Positions 1-10,182 of a DNA stretch of 64,000 nucleotides are shown here, piece by piece. The position numbers and the translations under genes were made by a program. The stretch covers positions 4,704,001 through 4,768,000 of the forward strand of contig OY843751.1 in NCBI GenBank assembly GCA_963693055.1. Reading direction: 5' to 3'. Numbering within the stretch: position 1 is the first letter of the stretch; each line of letters begins with the position of its first letter. The stretch is from a bacterium (GTDB lineage: Bacteria > Zhuqueibacterota > Zhuqueibacteria > Residuimicrobiales > Krinioviventaceae). The notes below the pieces were generated by a model, which was not told where the DNA came from, ran no database searches, and saw only the letters and a program-made list of their open reading frames with translations.

Positions 1-822
1 ATTGACAAAGCGTGCTGTAGTCTTACGGACGACACAGGCGGAGTAGACGCAGCCTGGGCTATTATGACAACAGATACCTATCCCAAACATTTATCTGTCA
101 CGTTTAAATTAGATGAAAAGCCCGTTACCATTGGCGTCATTGCCAAAGGCAGCGGAATGATTAATCCCAATATGGCTACCATGATCTGCGTCTTTACAAC
201 AGATGCAGCAATCGCTCCTGAAATGCTGCAACAGGCATTAAAAGAAACGGTTGATGTTTCACTAAACATGCTGACCGTAGATGGTGAAATGAGCACCAAC
301 GACAGTGTCTTTATATTGGCCAACGGTGCGGCTGAAAACCCCGTCATATCCGAAAAAGATAAAAATTACCAAATATTTCAAAATGCTCTCGAAACACTGG
401 GCATAGAGATCACCAAACTGATAGCACTGGATGGAGAAGGTGCAACCAAGCTTGTAATTGTAACCGTTGAGGGTGCAAAGACCTATGACGATGCGGTCAA
501 GGCATCCAACTCTATCGCCAATTCAAACCTCGTTAAAACTGCAATATTTGGCAGAGATCCCAACTGGGGACGTGTTGTACAGGCCATTGGAGCCAGCGGT
601 GCAGAAGTGGATCTTGATTCGTTCAGCATCCAATTTGCGGGCATATCCGTAGCTGAAAATGGGGGTTCAATCAATTACGATTCCCTTGAAATGCACGTTG
701 CCCTGCAGAAAAAAGAGGTGCACATTCACGCTGATCTGGGAGTAGGTAAAGAAAGCGCAACCGTTTATACCTGCGACCTCACTCATGACTATATCAGTAT
801 TAACGCGGAATATCACACATAG
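1..822 (+). CDS. argJ: Ornithine acetyltransferase / N-acetylglutamate synthase ArgJ (5'-truncated by window)
   Basis: Frame open from base 1; motifs IMTTDT, KGSGMINPNMATM, DGEMSTND, DGEGATK, DPNWGR, C-terminal INAEYHT. Confidence 0.95.
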   Translation: MDKACCSLTDDTGGVDAAWAIMTTDTYPKHLSVTFKLDEKPVTIGVIAKGSGMINPNMATMICVFTTDAAIAPEMLQQALKETVDVSLNMLTVDGEMSTNDSVFILANGAAENPVISEKDKNYQIFQNALETLGIEITKLIALDGEGATKLVIVTVEGAKTYDDAVKASNSIANSNLVKTAIFGRDPNWGRVVQAIGASGAEVDLDSFSIQFAGISVAENGGSINYDSLEMHVALQKKEVHIHADLGVGKESATVYTCDLTHDYISINAEYHT

Positions 823-832
823 GAGAATCATT

Positions 833-1678
833 GTGCTGTTTAGCAGAAAAATAGCATTTATTGGCGCCGGTAATATGGGCGAAGCGCTCCTGGGTGGATT
901 ATTAAAATCCAACCTGACCAATCCGGAAAATATTATTGCAACCGATGTATTGCAGGAACGACTGGACCTTATATCAGAAAAATGGCAAGTTCAAACAACC
1001 ACAGACAATTTAAAAGCTATCGACTTTGCGGATGTTATTGTACTTTGTGTTAAACCCCAAACCATTGCAGACGTTTTAACCCATATCAAAGCCGGGGTCC
1101 GTTCAGATCAGCTTATTATCTCAATTATTGCCGGTATTACCACCAAAACAATCGACTATTTTATCAACAAAAACAATCCGGTTGTACGCGCCATGCCCAA
1201 CATCCCCGCCGTTGTAGATGAAGGTGCAGCAGGAATTTGCATGGGTGAGCATACGCAAGATATCCATAAAGAGATAGCTCTGGCCATTTTGGGTTCCGTA
1301 GGTACGGTTGAAATTGTTACCGAAGCCCAGATGGATGTTGTCACCGGATTAAGCGGCAGCGGTCCCGCTTATATTTATATGGTTATAGAAGCGCTGACCG
1401 ACGGCGGCGTAATGATGGGGCTGCCCCGCAACGTTGCTACAAAACTCGCAACACAAACCGTTCTGGGTTCAGCCAAGCTGGTTAAAGAAACCAACATTCA
1501 CCCGGCAATTCTCAGAGACCAGGTTACCACTCCGGGTGGAACAACCATCAAAGCCATTCAGGGACTGGAAGAAAACGGACTTCGCCCTATGCTGATCAAA
1601 GCGGTAGAGATTGCTTCTCTGCGTTCTCAAGAATTATCGCATTTCCTGGAAATGCAAAACACAAACAAGAAAAAATAA
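833..1678 (+). CDS. proC: Pyrroline-5-carboxylate reductase
   Basis: FIGAGNMG, RAMPN, GLSGSGPAY, TTPGGTT; GTG start at 833 after AGGAG RBS (ORF track starts at 785). Confidence 0.93.
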   Translation: MLFSRKIAFIGAGNMGEALLGGLLKSNLTNPENIIATDVLQERLDLISEKWQVQTTTDNLKAIDFADVIVLCVKPQTIADVLTHIKAGVRSDQLIISIIAGITTKTIDYFINKNNPVVRAMPNIPAVVDEGAAGICMGEHTQDIHKEIALAILGSVGTVEIVTEAQMDVVTGLSGSGPAYIYMVIEALTDGGVMMGLPRNVATKLATQTVLGSAKLVKETNIHPAILRDQVTTPGGTTIKAIQGLEENGLRPMLIKAVEIASLRSQELSHFLEMQNTNKKK

Positions 1679-1679
1679 C

Positions 1680-2702
1680 ATGCAAAAGACCATTGGAATT
1701 GTGGGCGCCACCGGTTATACCGGTGAAGAACTGCTCAAAAATTTAACAAACCATCCTGATGTAACGGTGGATTTTGTGACCTCTGAAAAAGAATCCGGTA
1801 ATCCCCTGTCAGATGTTTTTCCGCATTTGCCATATTACAAAGATTTAACTTTTATTTCTGCTAAAGCTGCAACAAAAAAACAGGTAGACCTGGTATTTCT
1901 TTGCTTGCCTGCCGGAGAATCAGTAAAACTGGCCCCGGATTTTCTAACACAAAACATCAAGGTGATTGATCTGGGTGCAGATTTCAGGTTCAATAATGCT
2001 CAGGATTATGAAACCTGGTATCACATGCAGCACAGTGCACCGGTGTTGTTAAGCAAAGCGGCATACGGACTGCCAGAATGGTTCCGCGATCAAATTGCAG
2101 ATGCTAAAATCGTTGGTAATCCCGGTTGTTATCCAACAACGGTATTAACAGCAGTACTTCCCTTGTTAAAAGAGCATATACTGGCAGAAGGTCCTATTAT
2201 TGTAGATTCAAAAAGCGGCGTTTCAGGTGCCGGTAAATCTCCAAACAAAACCACGCATTATGTACAGGTTAATGAAAACTTTTCTCCTTACAAAGTCGGT
2301 CGAGTGCACCGGCATGTGGGTGAAATGGAGCACATTCTCAGTAGAACAGCCAAGCATCCGGTACAGGTGATCTTTACTCCACACCTCACACCCATTACAC
2401 GAGGTATGTTTTCTACTATTTATGTAAACACATATTCAAAACGTGAAACCCAGGACATTCTGGATATTTTCGAACAATATTATACTAACGAACCCTTTGT
2501 TCATGTACTGCCGGGTATACCGGATATTAAAATGGCAGCCAATACCAATTATTGTTTTCTGGGTGCACAATCAGTGCCCGAAACCCACACTGTCATTCTG
2601 TATTCTGCAATTGACAATCTTGGAAAAGGCGCAAGTACCCAGGCAATACAAAATATGAACCTGATGCTGGGCATCCCCGAAACTACAGGACTGATACGAT
2701 GA
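1680..2702 (+). CDS. argC: N-acetyl-gamma-glutamyl-phosphate reductase
   Basis: GATGYTG, YGLPE, NPGCYPT, SGVSGAG, HRH, DNLGKGA; ATG at 1680 directly after the proC stop. Confidence 0.95.
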   Translation: MQKTIGIVGATGYTGEELLKNLTNHPDVTVDFVTSEKESGNPLSDVFPHLPYYKDLTFISAKAATKKQVDLVFLCLPAGESVKLAPDFLTQNIKVIDLGADFRFNNAQDYETWYHMQHSAPVLLSKAAYGLPEWFRDQIADAKIVGNPGCYPTTVLTAVLPLLKEHILAEGPIIVDSKSGVSGAGKSPNKTTHYVQVNENFSPYKVGRVHRHVGEMEHILSRTAKHPVQVIFTPHLTPITRGMFSTIYVNTYSKRETQDILDIFEQYYTNEPFVHVLPGIPDIKMAANTNYCFLGAQSVPETHTVILYSAIDNLGKGASTQAIQNMNLMLGIPETTGLIR

Positions 2703-3472
2703 AGCGCATATTGTTAAAACTGGGTGGTCGTTCTTTTGAATCGCAGGAGGCATTTACAGAACTGGCGCAAGCAATACAAGCTGTTGATGCACAGGTAATC
2801 ATAGTACATGGCGGTGGTTCCGAAATCTCGCAGGCGCTCAAAGATGCGAACCGGGAAACCCGTTTCATAGATGGCATACGCGTTACAGAAAAAAAAGACA
2901 TTGAAATTGTAGACAATGTGCTGTCAAATGTTATCAACTCGCGGATCTCTGGCTATCTTGAGCAGGCCGGGGTTAAATGTACAGGCATGGCTGGCAAGAC
3001 CAATGGAACATTAATTGCCGAACCCATTCGTCGCCAGGATTATGATTACGGTTTTGTGGGCCAGATCAAAGCGGTTAATCCCGGTTATGTCTGGCAGCAG
3101 TTAAAAAACAATGCGGTACCGGTTGTGTCTCCCATTTCTGCGGACGAAGCGGGTAACAGCTATAATGTAAATGCAGATAGTGCCGCGGCAGCCCTTGCCG
3201 TAGGCTCACAATGCACGGACCTGATCTATTTTTCTGATGTACCCGGTGTAAAAGCAAATGATGAAATCCTTGCATCTCTAACCGCTGAACAAACACAGGA
3301 ACTCATTGCGAAAGGGATCATCAGAGACGGCATGGTAGCCAAAATGGAGTCTGCTTTTTACGCGCTCAACGGAAATGTAGAGCGTGTGCATATCACCTGC
3401 TGGCAGGGCCCTAAAACATTGGCTCAAATACTTGACCAATCCCACGCATTTGGTACAACCATACATATTTAG
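2699..3472 (+). CDS. argB: Acetylglutamate kinase
   Basis: KLGG, VHGGG, GIRVT, NVNAD, DVPGV, GMVAK; ATGA overlap with argC. Confidence 0.93.
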   Translation: MKRILLKLGGRSFESQEAFTELAQAIQAVDAQVIIVHGGGSEISQALKDANRETRFIDGIRVTEKKDIEIVDNVLSNVINSRISGYLEQAGVKCTGMAGKTNGTLIAEPIRRQDYDYGFVGQIKAVNPGYVWQQLKNNAVPVVSPISADEAGNSYNVNADSAAAALAVGSQCTDLIYFSDVPGVKANDEILASLTAEQTQELIAKGIIRDGMVAKMESAFYALNGNVERVHITCWQGPKTLAQILDQSHAFGTTIHI

Positions 3473-3479
3473 GATAAAA

Positions 3480-4676
3480 ATGAACACAAAAGAACTCATA
3501 GCAGCCGAAAAACAGACCATTCTGGGTACATATACCCGTCCCGAGTTTGTGATCACTCACGGAAAAGATGTCTACCTGTACGATGCAGAAGGTCGTGAAT
3601 ATCTCGATTTTGTATCCGGAATTGCTGTTAACGCTTTCGGATATAGTGATTCAGAGGCTAAAAACACGCTAACTGAACAGTCTGAAAAACTCTGGCACTG
3701 CTCAAATCTTTACTATACCGAGCCCCAGGTAAAACTGGCACAATTTCTTGTAAATCACACATTTGCTGATAAATTATTCTTTTGCAACAGCGGTACCGAA
3801 GCCATGGAAGCTGCAATTAAATTCGCAAGAAAGTGGGCGTCTATGACAAAAGGACCGGATAACCATCAAATACTCGCATTTAACCGCTCGTTTCATGGGC
3901 GGACTTTTGGAGGTCTTTCTGCAACCGGCCAACCCAAATTCTGGGAACACTTTGGCCCCATGCTTGAAGGATTCGACTTTGCAGAATTTAATGATATTGA
4001 ATCAGTTAAAAATAAAATAACCGATAAAACCTGTGCTGTCATTGTGGAACCGGTACAAGGTGAAGGCGGCATTTATCCCGCTAATGTTGAATTTTTGCAG
4101 CAATTAAAAACTCTTTGCGATGAGCACAATACTCTCCTCATTCTGGATGAGATCCAGTGCGGTTTTGGTAGAACCGGTCACTTTTGCGCTTATGAAAATT
4201 ATGGTATACAACCAGATATATTAACTGCCGCAAAACCCATAGCCGGTGGGCTTCCACTCGGAGCAGTATTGCTGACAGATAAAATTGCCGAACACATTAA
4301 ACCGGGTGACCACGGTACAACCTTTGGCGGCGGCCCCATTGTTACCAGCGTAGCTTTGAATATTCTTGAACGTATTGCAGAGCCTGCATTTCTGGAATCA
4401 GTTAGAGATAAAGGCAGCTATTTGCAGGAACGGTTAACCGCACTGCAAGCAGAGTATCCTGAACTAATAGCTGTTCGGTCCAAAGGACTCATGTTCGGTC
4501 TTGAAATTCAAGGCAGCCCCCAGGATCTGATCAAAGCATGTACGGAACAGGGATTACTAATCTGCAAAACCGGCGGCAATGCCGTACGTTTTTTACCTCC
4601 ATTGATCATAACTCAAGAACAGATCGATGATGGTCTGAACAAATTCAAACTGGCTCTCGACAGTTTAAGAGGATAA
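3480..4676 (+). CDS. argD: Acetylornithine aminotransferase (class III PLP enzyme)
   Basis: NSGTEA, SFHGRT, EPVQGEGG, DEIQCGFGRTG, AKPIAGG, HGTTFGG; arg operon context. Confidence 0.92.
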   Translation: MNTKELIAAEKQTILGTYTRPEFVITHGKDVYLYDAEGREYLDFVSGIAVNAFGYSDSEAKNTLTEQSEKLWHCSNLYYTEPQVKLAQFLVNHTFADKLFFCNSGTEAMEAAIKFARKWASMTKGPDNHQILAFNRSFHGRTFGGLSATGQPKFWEHFGPMLEGFDFAEFNDIESVKNKITDKTCAVIVEPVQGEGGIYPANVEFLQQLKTLCDEHNTLLILDEIQCGFGRTGHFCAYENYGIQPDILTAAKPIAGGLPLGAVLLTDKIAEHIKPGDHGTTFGGGPIVTSVALNILERIAEPAFLESVRDKGSYLQERLTALQAEYPELIAVRSKGLMFGLEIQGSPQDLIKACTEQGLLICKTGGNAVRFLPPLIITQEQIDDGLNKFKLALDSLRG

Positions 4677-4677
4677 A

Positions 4678-5139
4678 ATGGTAAGACAAGCAAAAATACA
4701 TGATGTACCCGAGATTGTTACACTGATCAATAGTTACGCCCAGCATGGTGTTATGCTGGGTCGTTCACAAATACAAATCTATAACGCATTGCGGGATTTT
4801 GTTGTCATAGAAAACGATGGGCATATTCTGGGTGTTGGTTCATTATCCATTATCTGGAAAGACCTGGCCGAAGTACGATCACTGGCAATAGCCAAAGAAA
4901 TGCATGGAAAAGGATTAGGTAAACAAATTGTAGAATACCTTGTTCAACAGGCACGAGAATTAGAACTGCCACAGGTATTTACACTTACCTATCAACCGGA
5001 ATTCTTTAAAAAAGTAGGGTTTAGTCTGATTGATAAAAAAGAATTGCCCCATAAAGTGTGGAAAGACTGTATTAATTGCCCCAAATTCCCGGATTGTGAT
5101 GAAATTGCACTTATCCGTTATCTCGATCAAGAGAATTAA
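4678..5139 (+). CDS. argA: Short GNAT-type N-acetylglutamate synthase (ArgA-like)
   Basis: AEVRSLAI, GKGLG, FTLTY, LPHKVWKDCINCPKFPDCDE; last gene of the arg operon. Confidence 0.75.
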   Translation: MVRQAKIHDVPEIVTLINSYAQHGVMLGRSQIQIYNALRDFVVIENDGHILGVGSLSIIWKDLAEVRSLAIAKEMHGKGLGKQIVEYLVQQARELELPQVFTLTYQPEFFKKVGFSLIDKKELPHKVWKDCINCPKFPDCDEIALIRYLDQEN

Positions 5140-6022
5140 GCTTATCAATCAACCAGGGATCATAATCCAAAATAGATTCGGTCCCTGTTTTCACTATCCC
5201 CTGTTCTGTAATCAATCCTGTCAATAAATCCAGAGGAATTGTTTCAAAATATCGATTTATAATATTGACAGGTTTGGGTTTTTCTCGCCAAACTTCTTCT
5301 TCAGGCTTTTTGCTTTCCCCAGGCAGCAAATCCAAATCAGGCACCCTTTTCAAGCTGGACGCAAGCGCATACACCGGTTTATTAAAATGTTCACACAATA
5401 AACACAATGCCAGCGATCCGGTTTTATTGATAAGATTCGTTTCATCATATGCATCAGCACCAATAACAACACAATCCGCCTCTTGTACAGCATCTCCCAT
5501 TGCCGCATCCGTATACAAAGACACGGGTATGGATAGCTGCGTCAATTGTTCAGCGGCTGTTCTGCCCTCATAAACCGGCCGGGCTTCTGTTACAAGAACA
5601 TGAATTGCTTTATCCATAACGGCATGCTCAATTGCGTGCATCACTAAACTGCTGCGGCTGTATGTCAATAGCGTGTTTTGTGGTTTTGTTAGTTGCGTAA
5701 ATCGTTCGGCAATAACTTGTTTTGCCTGAACAGATTGATCAACAACTTTGTCAATTTCCAGTTCAATGATTGATTTAAAATGGGGAATATCAGATTCTTG
5801 TGAGGTTTTTAACAGCACCCGGTTGACCAGGTTTAAAAGAGGCGCCATACGCGGCTGGGCTTGAATTAAATCAAGCCCGGCCTTTTGTATAGCGTTAATA
5901 AATGTATCAAGAGGATATTCTATATTAAACTGATCAATCGTTTCTTTTAAATACAATGCAGATTTTTTCAGTAATTCATCCGTACCAGAAACATGATCAT
6001 TTTGAATATCCGTCAAATTCAA
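5111..6022 (-). CDS. eIF-2B alpha/beta/delta-family protein (ribose-1,5-bisphosphate / methylthioribose-1-P isomerase-like)
   Basis: QPRMAPL, TYSRSS, TEARP.YEG, IGADA, INKTGS, NRYFE.IP, ITEQG; probable TTG start overlapping the upstream stop; 3' end overlaps convergent argA by 29 bp. Confidence 0.75.
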   Translation of the reverse strand: MNLTDIQNDHVSGTDELLKKSALYLKETIDQFNIEYPLDTFINAIQKAGLDLIQAQPRMAPLLNLVNRVLLKTSQESDIPHFKSIIELEIDKVVDQSVQAKQVIAERFTQLTKPQNTLLTYSRSSLVMHAIEHAVMDKAIHVLVTEARPVYEGRTAAEQLTQLSIPVSLYTDAAMGDAVQEADCVVIGADAYDETNLINKTGSLALCLLCEHFNKPVYALASSLKRVPDLDLLPGESKKPEEEVWREKPKPVNIINRYFETIPLDLLTGLITEQGIVKTGTESILDYDPWLIDKLNSLDRDNG

Positions 6023-7518
6023 ATAAAGAATACCAGTGTTGCCAAAATAAATACAGGAATCAGAATTCCAAATGACCAAGCCATGTATCCAAAAAAGCTC
6101 GGCATTTTCAATCCGCTTTCTTCCGCAATAGAACGTACCATAAAGTTGGGAGCATTACCAATATAGGTATTAGCACCCATAAATACAGCACCGGCAGAGA
6201 TAGCTTTAAGATAAATTGCATTATCAGCAATCAAGCTGGCAACAGCCTGAGGTTCAGGCATGCCTGAATAAAAATTACCCAATGCAGTATTCAGGAATGT
6301 CAGGTATGTAGGCGCGTTATCAAGAAAACTAGAGAGAGCACCAGTTACCCAGAAATAATGCCAGGGTTCTTTAACGGCTTCAATAATAAATGCCATAGCA
6401 CCATTATGACCCGCTTTTAATATTGCCAAAGCAGGGATAATACACATAAAAATACCCGCAAACAGGTAAGCAACTTCCTGAATGGGGAACCAGGTAAATT
6501 CGTTTCCTTCACGGATTTCTTTTTTGGTGGTTTTGAGAGACAATACAACCATCAATACCAGAATCACATCACGTACAATATTCTGCCATTGCATATGTAC
6601 ACCCAAAACGGTTACAGCACCCATTTTTACCAAACCGCTCATCAAAACTGCGGCAATAATTCCACCAAGGAAAATAAAATTATGAGTACCACGCAAGCGT
6701 ACAGGTACGGCTTCAGAAGTATCTTCTACGATAGTACCGGCTTTCTTTTCTTTGCTATAGAGTATAGAATCAACAGCAAAGAAAATACCCAGCAGAATAG
6801 CAACGACAAAAAGCATATGTGGTAAAATATTCATAGTCCAGAAAAATGGCACATGGTGCAAAAATCCAAGGAACAATGGTGGATCACCCAACGGGGTCAA
6901 CGCTCCACCAATATTACTGACCAAAAAGATAAAGAAAATCACAATATGCATACGGTTTTTACGGTTAGAATTTGCCCGCAAAATGGGACGAATCAATACC
7001 ATTGAAGCACCGGTGGTTCCAATCCATGATGCAACCAAAGTACCAATCAGCAAGATTACCAGGTTAGTGGTAGGTTTACCCTTTATAGAACCTTCTACAA
7101 GTATACCACCAGCAGCAGTATACAATGCCCATAAAAGTACAATAAAGGGAATATAATCAATCAAATAAATATGAAAAATCTCATACAATCCATCACCGCC
7201 ATATGCAATCACAAATGGGATAGCAAACAGCAAAGCCCAAAATGCAGATACTTTGGGGAAATGATGATGCCAGAATTTTTCAGCAAGCAATGGAAATAAT
7301 GCAATAGACAATAATATACCTACAAATGGTATTACACTCCATATTGGCAAAACTTCACCTAAATTCGTTCCATGATGTCCACCGCCGTGTGCTTCATGCG
7401 CGGCGGTCTCACTGCCATGTGATGCATCTGCGCTTCCGTGGTCGGTATCGGCGGCAAAAACAACAGCGGCTATCATCATAATGGCGAAAACTGCCAAATA
7501 AAACAATCTCTTGTTCAT
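6019..7518 (-). CDS. Ion-transporter-superfamily membrane protein (putative Na+/H+ antiporter, CitMHS-like)
   Basis: Many hydrophobic helices; GTTGASM, GGALTPLGDPPLFLGF, SSFLDNAPTY, TYIGNAPNFMV. Confidence 0.8.
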   Translation of the reverse strand: MNKRLFYLAVFAIMMIAAVVFAADTDHGSADASHGSETAAHEAHGGGHHGTNLGEVLPIWSVIPFVGILLSIALFPLLAEKFWHHHFPKVSAFWALLFAIPFVIAYGGDGLYEIFHIYLIDYIPFIVLLWALYTAAGGILVEGSIKGKPTTNLVILLIGTLVASWIGTTGASMVLIRPILRANSNRKNRMHIVIFFIFLVSNIGGALTPLGDPPLFLGFLHHVPFFWTMNILPHMLFVVAILLGIFFAVDSILYSKEKKAGTIVEDTSEAVPVRLRGTHNFIFLGGIIAAVLMSGLVKMGAVTVLGVHMQWQNIVRDVILVLMVVLSLKTTKKEIREGNEFTWFPIQEVAYLFAGIFMCIIPALAILKAGHNGAMAFIIEAVKEPWHYFWVTGALSSFLDNAPTYLTFLNTALGNFYSGMPEPQAVASLIADNAIYLKAISAGAVFMGANTYIGNAPNFMVRSIAEESGLKMPSFFGYMAWSFGILIPVFILATLVFFI

Positions 7519-7773
7519 TTTATTATCCGGTCCTTTCCTGTAATGATTTATTTATGTATAAATTAAACGTATAGTATTAGCGTAAAATGTAATAAATAGT
7601 CATCTTTTTTCAAAGTAATTAATTGTACGCTGGTATGGAGCAATTTTTACCTTATAGATGGCTAAAATAGCTATATCAATAAAAAATCATATTCACAACG
7701 CACTAATTTTATTAATGTTACACAACAATAGTGTTACAATTAGATTTAATTGACAAAAATTATACCATGAAAA

Positions 7774-9018
7774 TCAAAGGGCTTGAATAATTGAATGGAC
7801 CTTTTCATCGGTTAGGTAGGGTTGAACAATATTATACCAAATTCCGTCGCGTGTATATTGCCCGGAATTCAATCCCTCAGGATCAATGCTTTTAAAAAAC
7901 TCCAACAGTTCAAGACTCCAGGGCAAGCCACGGTTCTGCAGCAATCGTTTAAAATCCCAGTATTTTGCAAATTTTTGAATCAAATCGAAACTCCAGGGTA
8001 GCGTTTCTCTGGCGCTCAATTTTTCCCAATCCCAGAAATCCTTATATGCAGAGATAAACGCTTCTGTCCACGGGAAATCATCACGACAACTAAACATCTC
8101 CCAATCCCAGCGTTCAAGGTATTTTTCAATCAATTCCCGGTCCCATTGAATACCTGCATTTCCGCTCAGGTATTTCCAGTCCCATTTATCTTCATATCGT
8201 TGAATAAACTCGGGTGTCCAGGGCAAGGCGCGATTATAACTCAGCCACGTCCATTCCCATTTATCCGCATGCTCCAGCACAAATGCCTCGGTCCAGGGCA
8301 GACCTTCGTTTGCGCTCAAACAATCCCAAAACAAATGCTCACGATATTGAGATAATAATGATTCGCTCCAGGGCAATGCAGGATTATAGCTTAAAGAAGC
8401 CCAATCCCAATGGTCCCGATATTCTGTAATTAACGTATCGCTCCACGGCAAAAATTCGTTCAGGCTAAGATTTTCCCAGTTCCAGCGTTCGTCAAAACGA
8501 TCAATCAAACTATCGCTCCAGGGCAATGCCTTGCGGCTGCTCAACAATCGCCAGTCCCATAATCCCGCAAAGTGTGCAATACTGGTTTCATTCAAAGGGA
8601 TACGTTCGTTTTTACTCAAAGCCGACCAGTTAAACCGGTCACTGTAACGCTCCAACAGAGAATCGCTCCAGGGCAATTCAGGATTCGCAGCAAGTCCGGC
8701 CCAGCCCCATTCCCAGCGTCCCCAGTTCCAACGGTTCTCATAACGCTCAAGCAAACTAGAAGTCCAGTTGATTCGCGGATTGTCACTGAGCAATTGCCAA
8801 TTTAACACGGTTTTATACCGTTTTATCAGATCGTGGGTCAGGGGGTATTCACGTGACAAAATATCAATAAACACACGCGGATTTTTAATGAGAAACTGCT
8901 CCAACTCGCTGGTATCATGTTGTATCAAATGCTGAGCTATTGCTATAGAGGTATCTGATCGCTTTAATTCCTGGCGATCCACAGGGACCAATGATCTGTA
9001 CGATTCTGAATTATGCAT
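7774..9018 (-). CDS. Tryptophan-rich ~22-aa tandem-repeat (solenoid) protein
   Basis: About a dozen copies of W(D/N)W..LS.N..LPW(S/T)..(L/F)(I/L)..Y.D(R/K); overlaps the upstream gene by 8 bp. Confidence 0.8.
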   Translation of the reverse strand: MHNSESYRSLVPVDRQELKRSDTSIAIAQHLIQHDTSELEQFLIKNPRVFIDILSREYPLTHDLIKRYKTVLNWQLLSDNPRINWTSSLLERYENRWNWGRWEWGWAGLAANPELPWSDSLLERYSDRFNWSALSKNERIPLNETSIAHFAGLWDWRLLSSRKALPWSDSLIDRFDERWNWENLSLNEFLPWSDTLITEYRDHWDWASLSYNPALPWSESLLSQYREHLFWDCLSANEGLPWTEAFVLEHADKWEWTWLSYNRALPWTPEFIQRYEDKWDWKYLSGNAGIQWDRELIEKYLERWDWEMFSCRDDFPWTEAFISAYKDFWDWEKLSARETLPWSFDLIQKFAKYWDFKRLLQNRGLPWSLELLEFFKSIDPEGLNSGQYTRDGIWYNIVQPYLTDEKVHSIIQAL

Positions 9019-9925
9019 GCGCGCGGGTTCTTAGAATATGTATTTCTTTCATCAAAGACTGACGTATGGTTTTGAAATAGTGGTTCCAGTCCTGTATTCC
9101 GTTCATAGTACGGTATGTATCTGATTCTTTGAGTTTAACAATTTCTTTATTGAGGGCTTCGATACGTGTCTGCAGTGTTACAATGATGGCTTTCAGCTTG
9201 TCCATATCTGTTATCTGATCAGATTTTACAGTCATGCCGCCTTTTTCAAGCATGGCCAGAATATCCAAAATCCGTTCCAGATCATTTTCTTCATAAGCCT
9301 GTTTTAAATCTATAAACGTTTGCTGTGCCTGTTCTTTAAATTCTTCAGCAACAACATCGGGATGACAAAGTTTGCTTGCGCGTAAAAAAGCAAGACGCAG
9401 GTCTTTGTGACGTTCCGGGGTTAATATGGGTATATCCTGAGGATCAACACTGTCAAGAATAGTCTTGTACTGTTCAAATTCCTGATCTGCCTTTTCAGAC
9501 CAGTCCGGGGGTGTATTGACTTGCACTGGTTTTACTTTTCTTCGCAAATCCAGTACTTCAAGAATATATTCACCCAACTCTGTCTGATAATTAGTATAAA
9601 AATGATGGATCATCCGTTCAAGATCCACTTTGACACTCTGTTTTTCCGCAAGCTTAATCTCTAATGCTTTTACCTGAAGTCTTAGTGCGGGCAGTTCAGC
9701 AAAGGGTGCATTATTCAACCGAAAAGGATAATTGATATATTCATCAATAAGCCGGGTTGCCTGAACAAACTCGTAACGATCCAGACAAGTAATAATAGGT
9801 AAAATATTTGTATCTGAACTCGCTTTTTTGATTTTCTCAACCTGCACGCGTACCAAGTCAAGCTCACCCAGAACTATGAGATTTTTCAAAACTTCGAGAC
9901 GTTTTTGCAATTGGCTGTCGATCAT
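9011..9925 (-). CDS. Coiled-coil protein with a J-domain-like HPD module
   Basis: LRLAFLRASKLCHPDVV...AQQTFIDLKQAYE flanked by heptad-rich segments. Confidence 0.7.
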   Translation of the reverse strand: MIDSQLQKRLEVLKNLIVLGELDLVRVQVEKIKKASSDTNILPIITCLDRYEFVQATRLIDEYINYPFRLNNAPFAELPALRLQVKALEIKLAEKQSVKVDLERMIHHFYTNYQTELGEYILEVLDLRRKVKPVQVNTPPDWSEKADQEFEQYKTILDSVDPQDIPILTPERHKDLRLAFLRASKLCHPDVVAEEFKEQAQQTFIDLKQAYEENDLERILDILAMLEKGGMTVKSDQITDMDKLKAIIVTLQTRIEALNKEIVKLKESDTYRTMNGIQDWNHYFKTIRQSLMKEIHILRTRAHA

Positions 9926-10182
9926 CTTAACCGTTATATTGTTATTCTATACAATAGATATATTTTTTTTAAAATTCAAGTCGAAAACATAATATGAACG
10001 CAAATTGAACATTGTTTACATTTGCGAAATTTACTCATTCCAAAACAGGAGCTTCGGACTGCACTGACCCAATAAACTCTGTTTATGTAACATTAGACAT
10101 TTAAAAAAAAATTACATGGTTTCTACCAGATAACCAGAGTTTTGTACGCAGTAGATACCAGACTTATAAATCAATCATAATC

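Noticed and set aside
7716-7738. TGTTACA direct repeat upstream of the antiporter
   Set aside because: Two 7-mers in very AT-rich DNA can arise by chance; no regulator can be assigned
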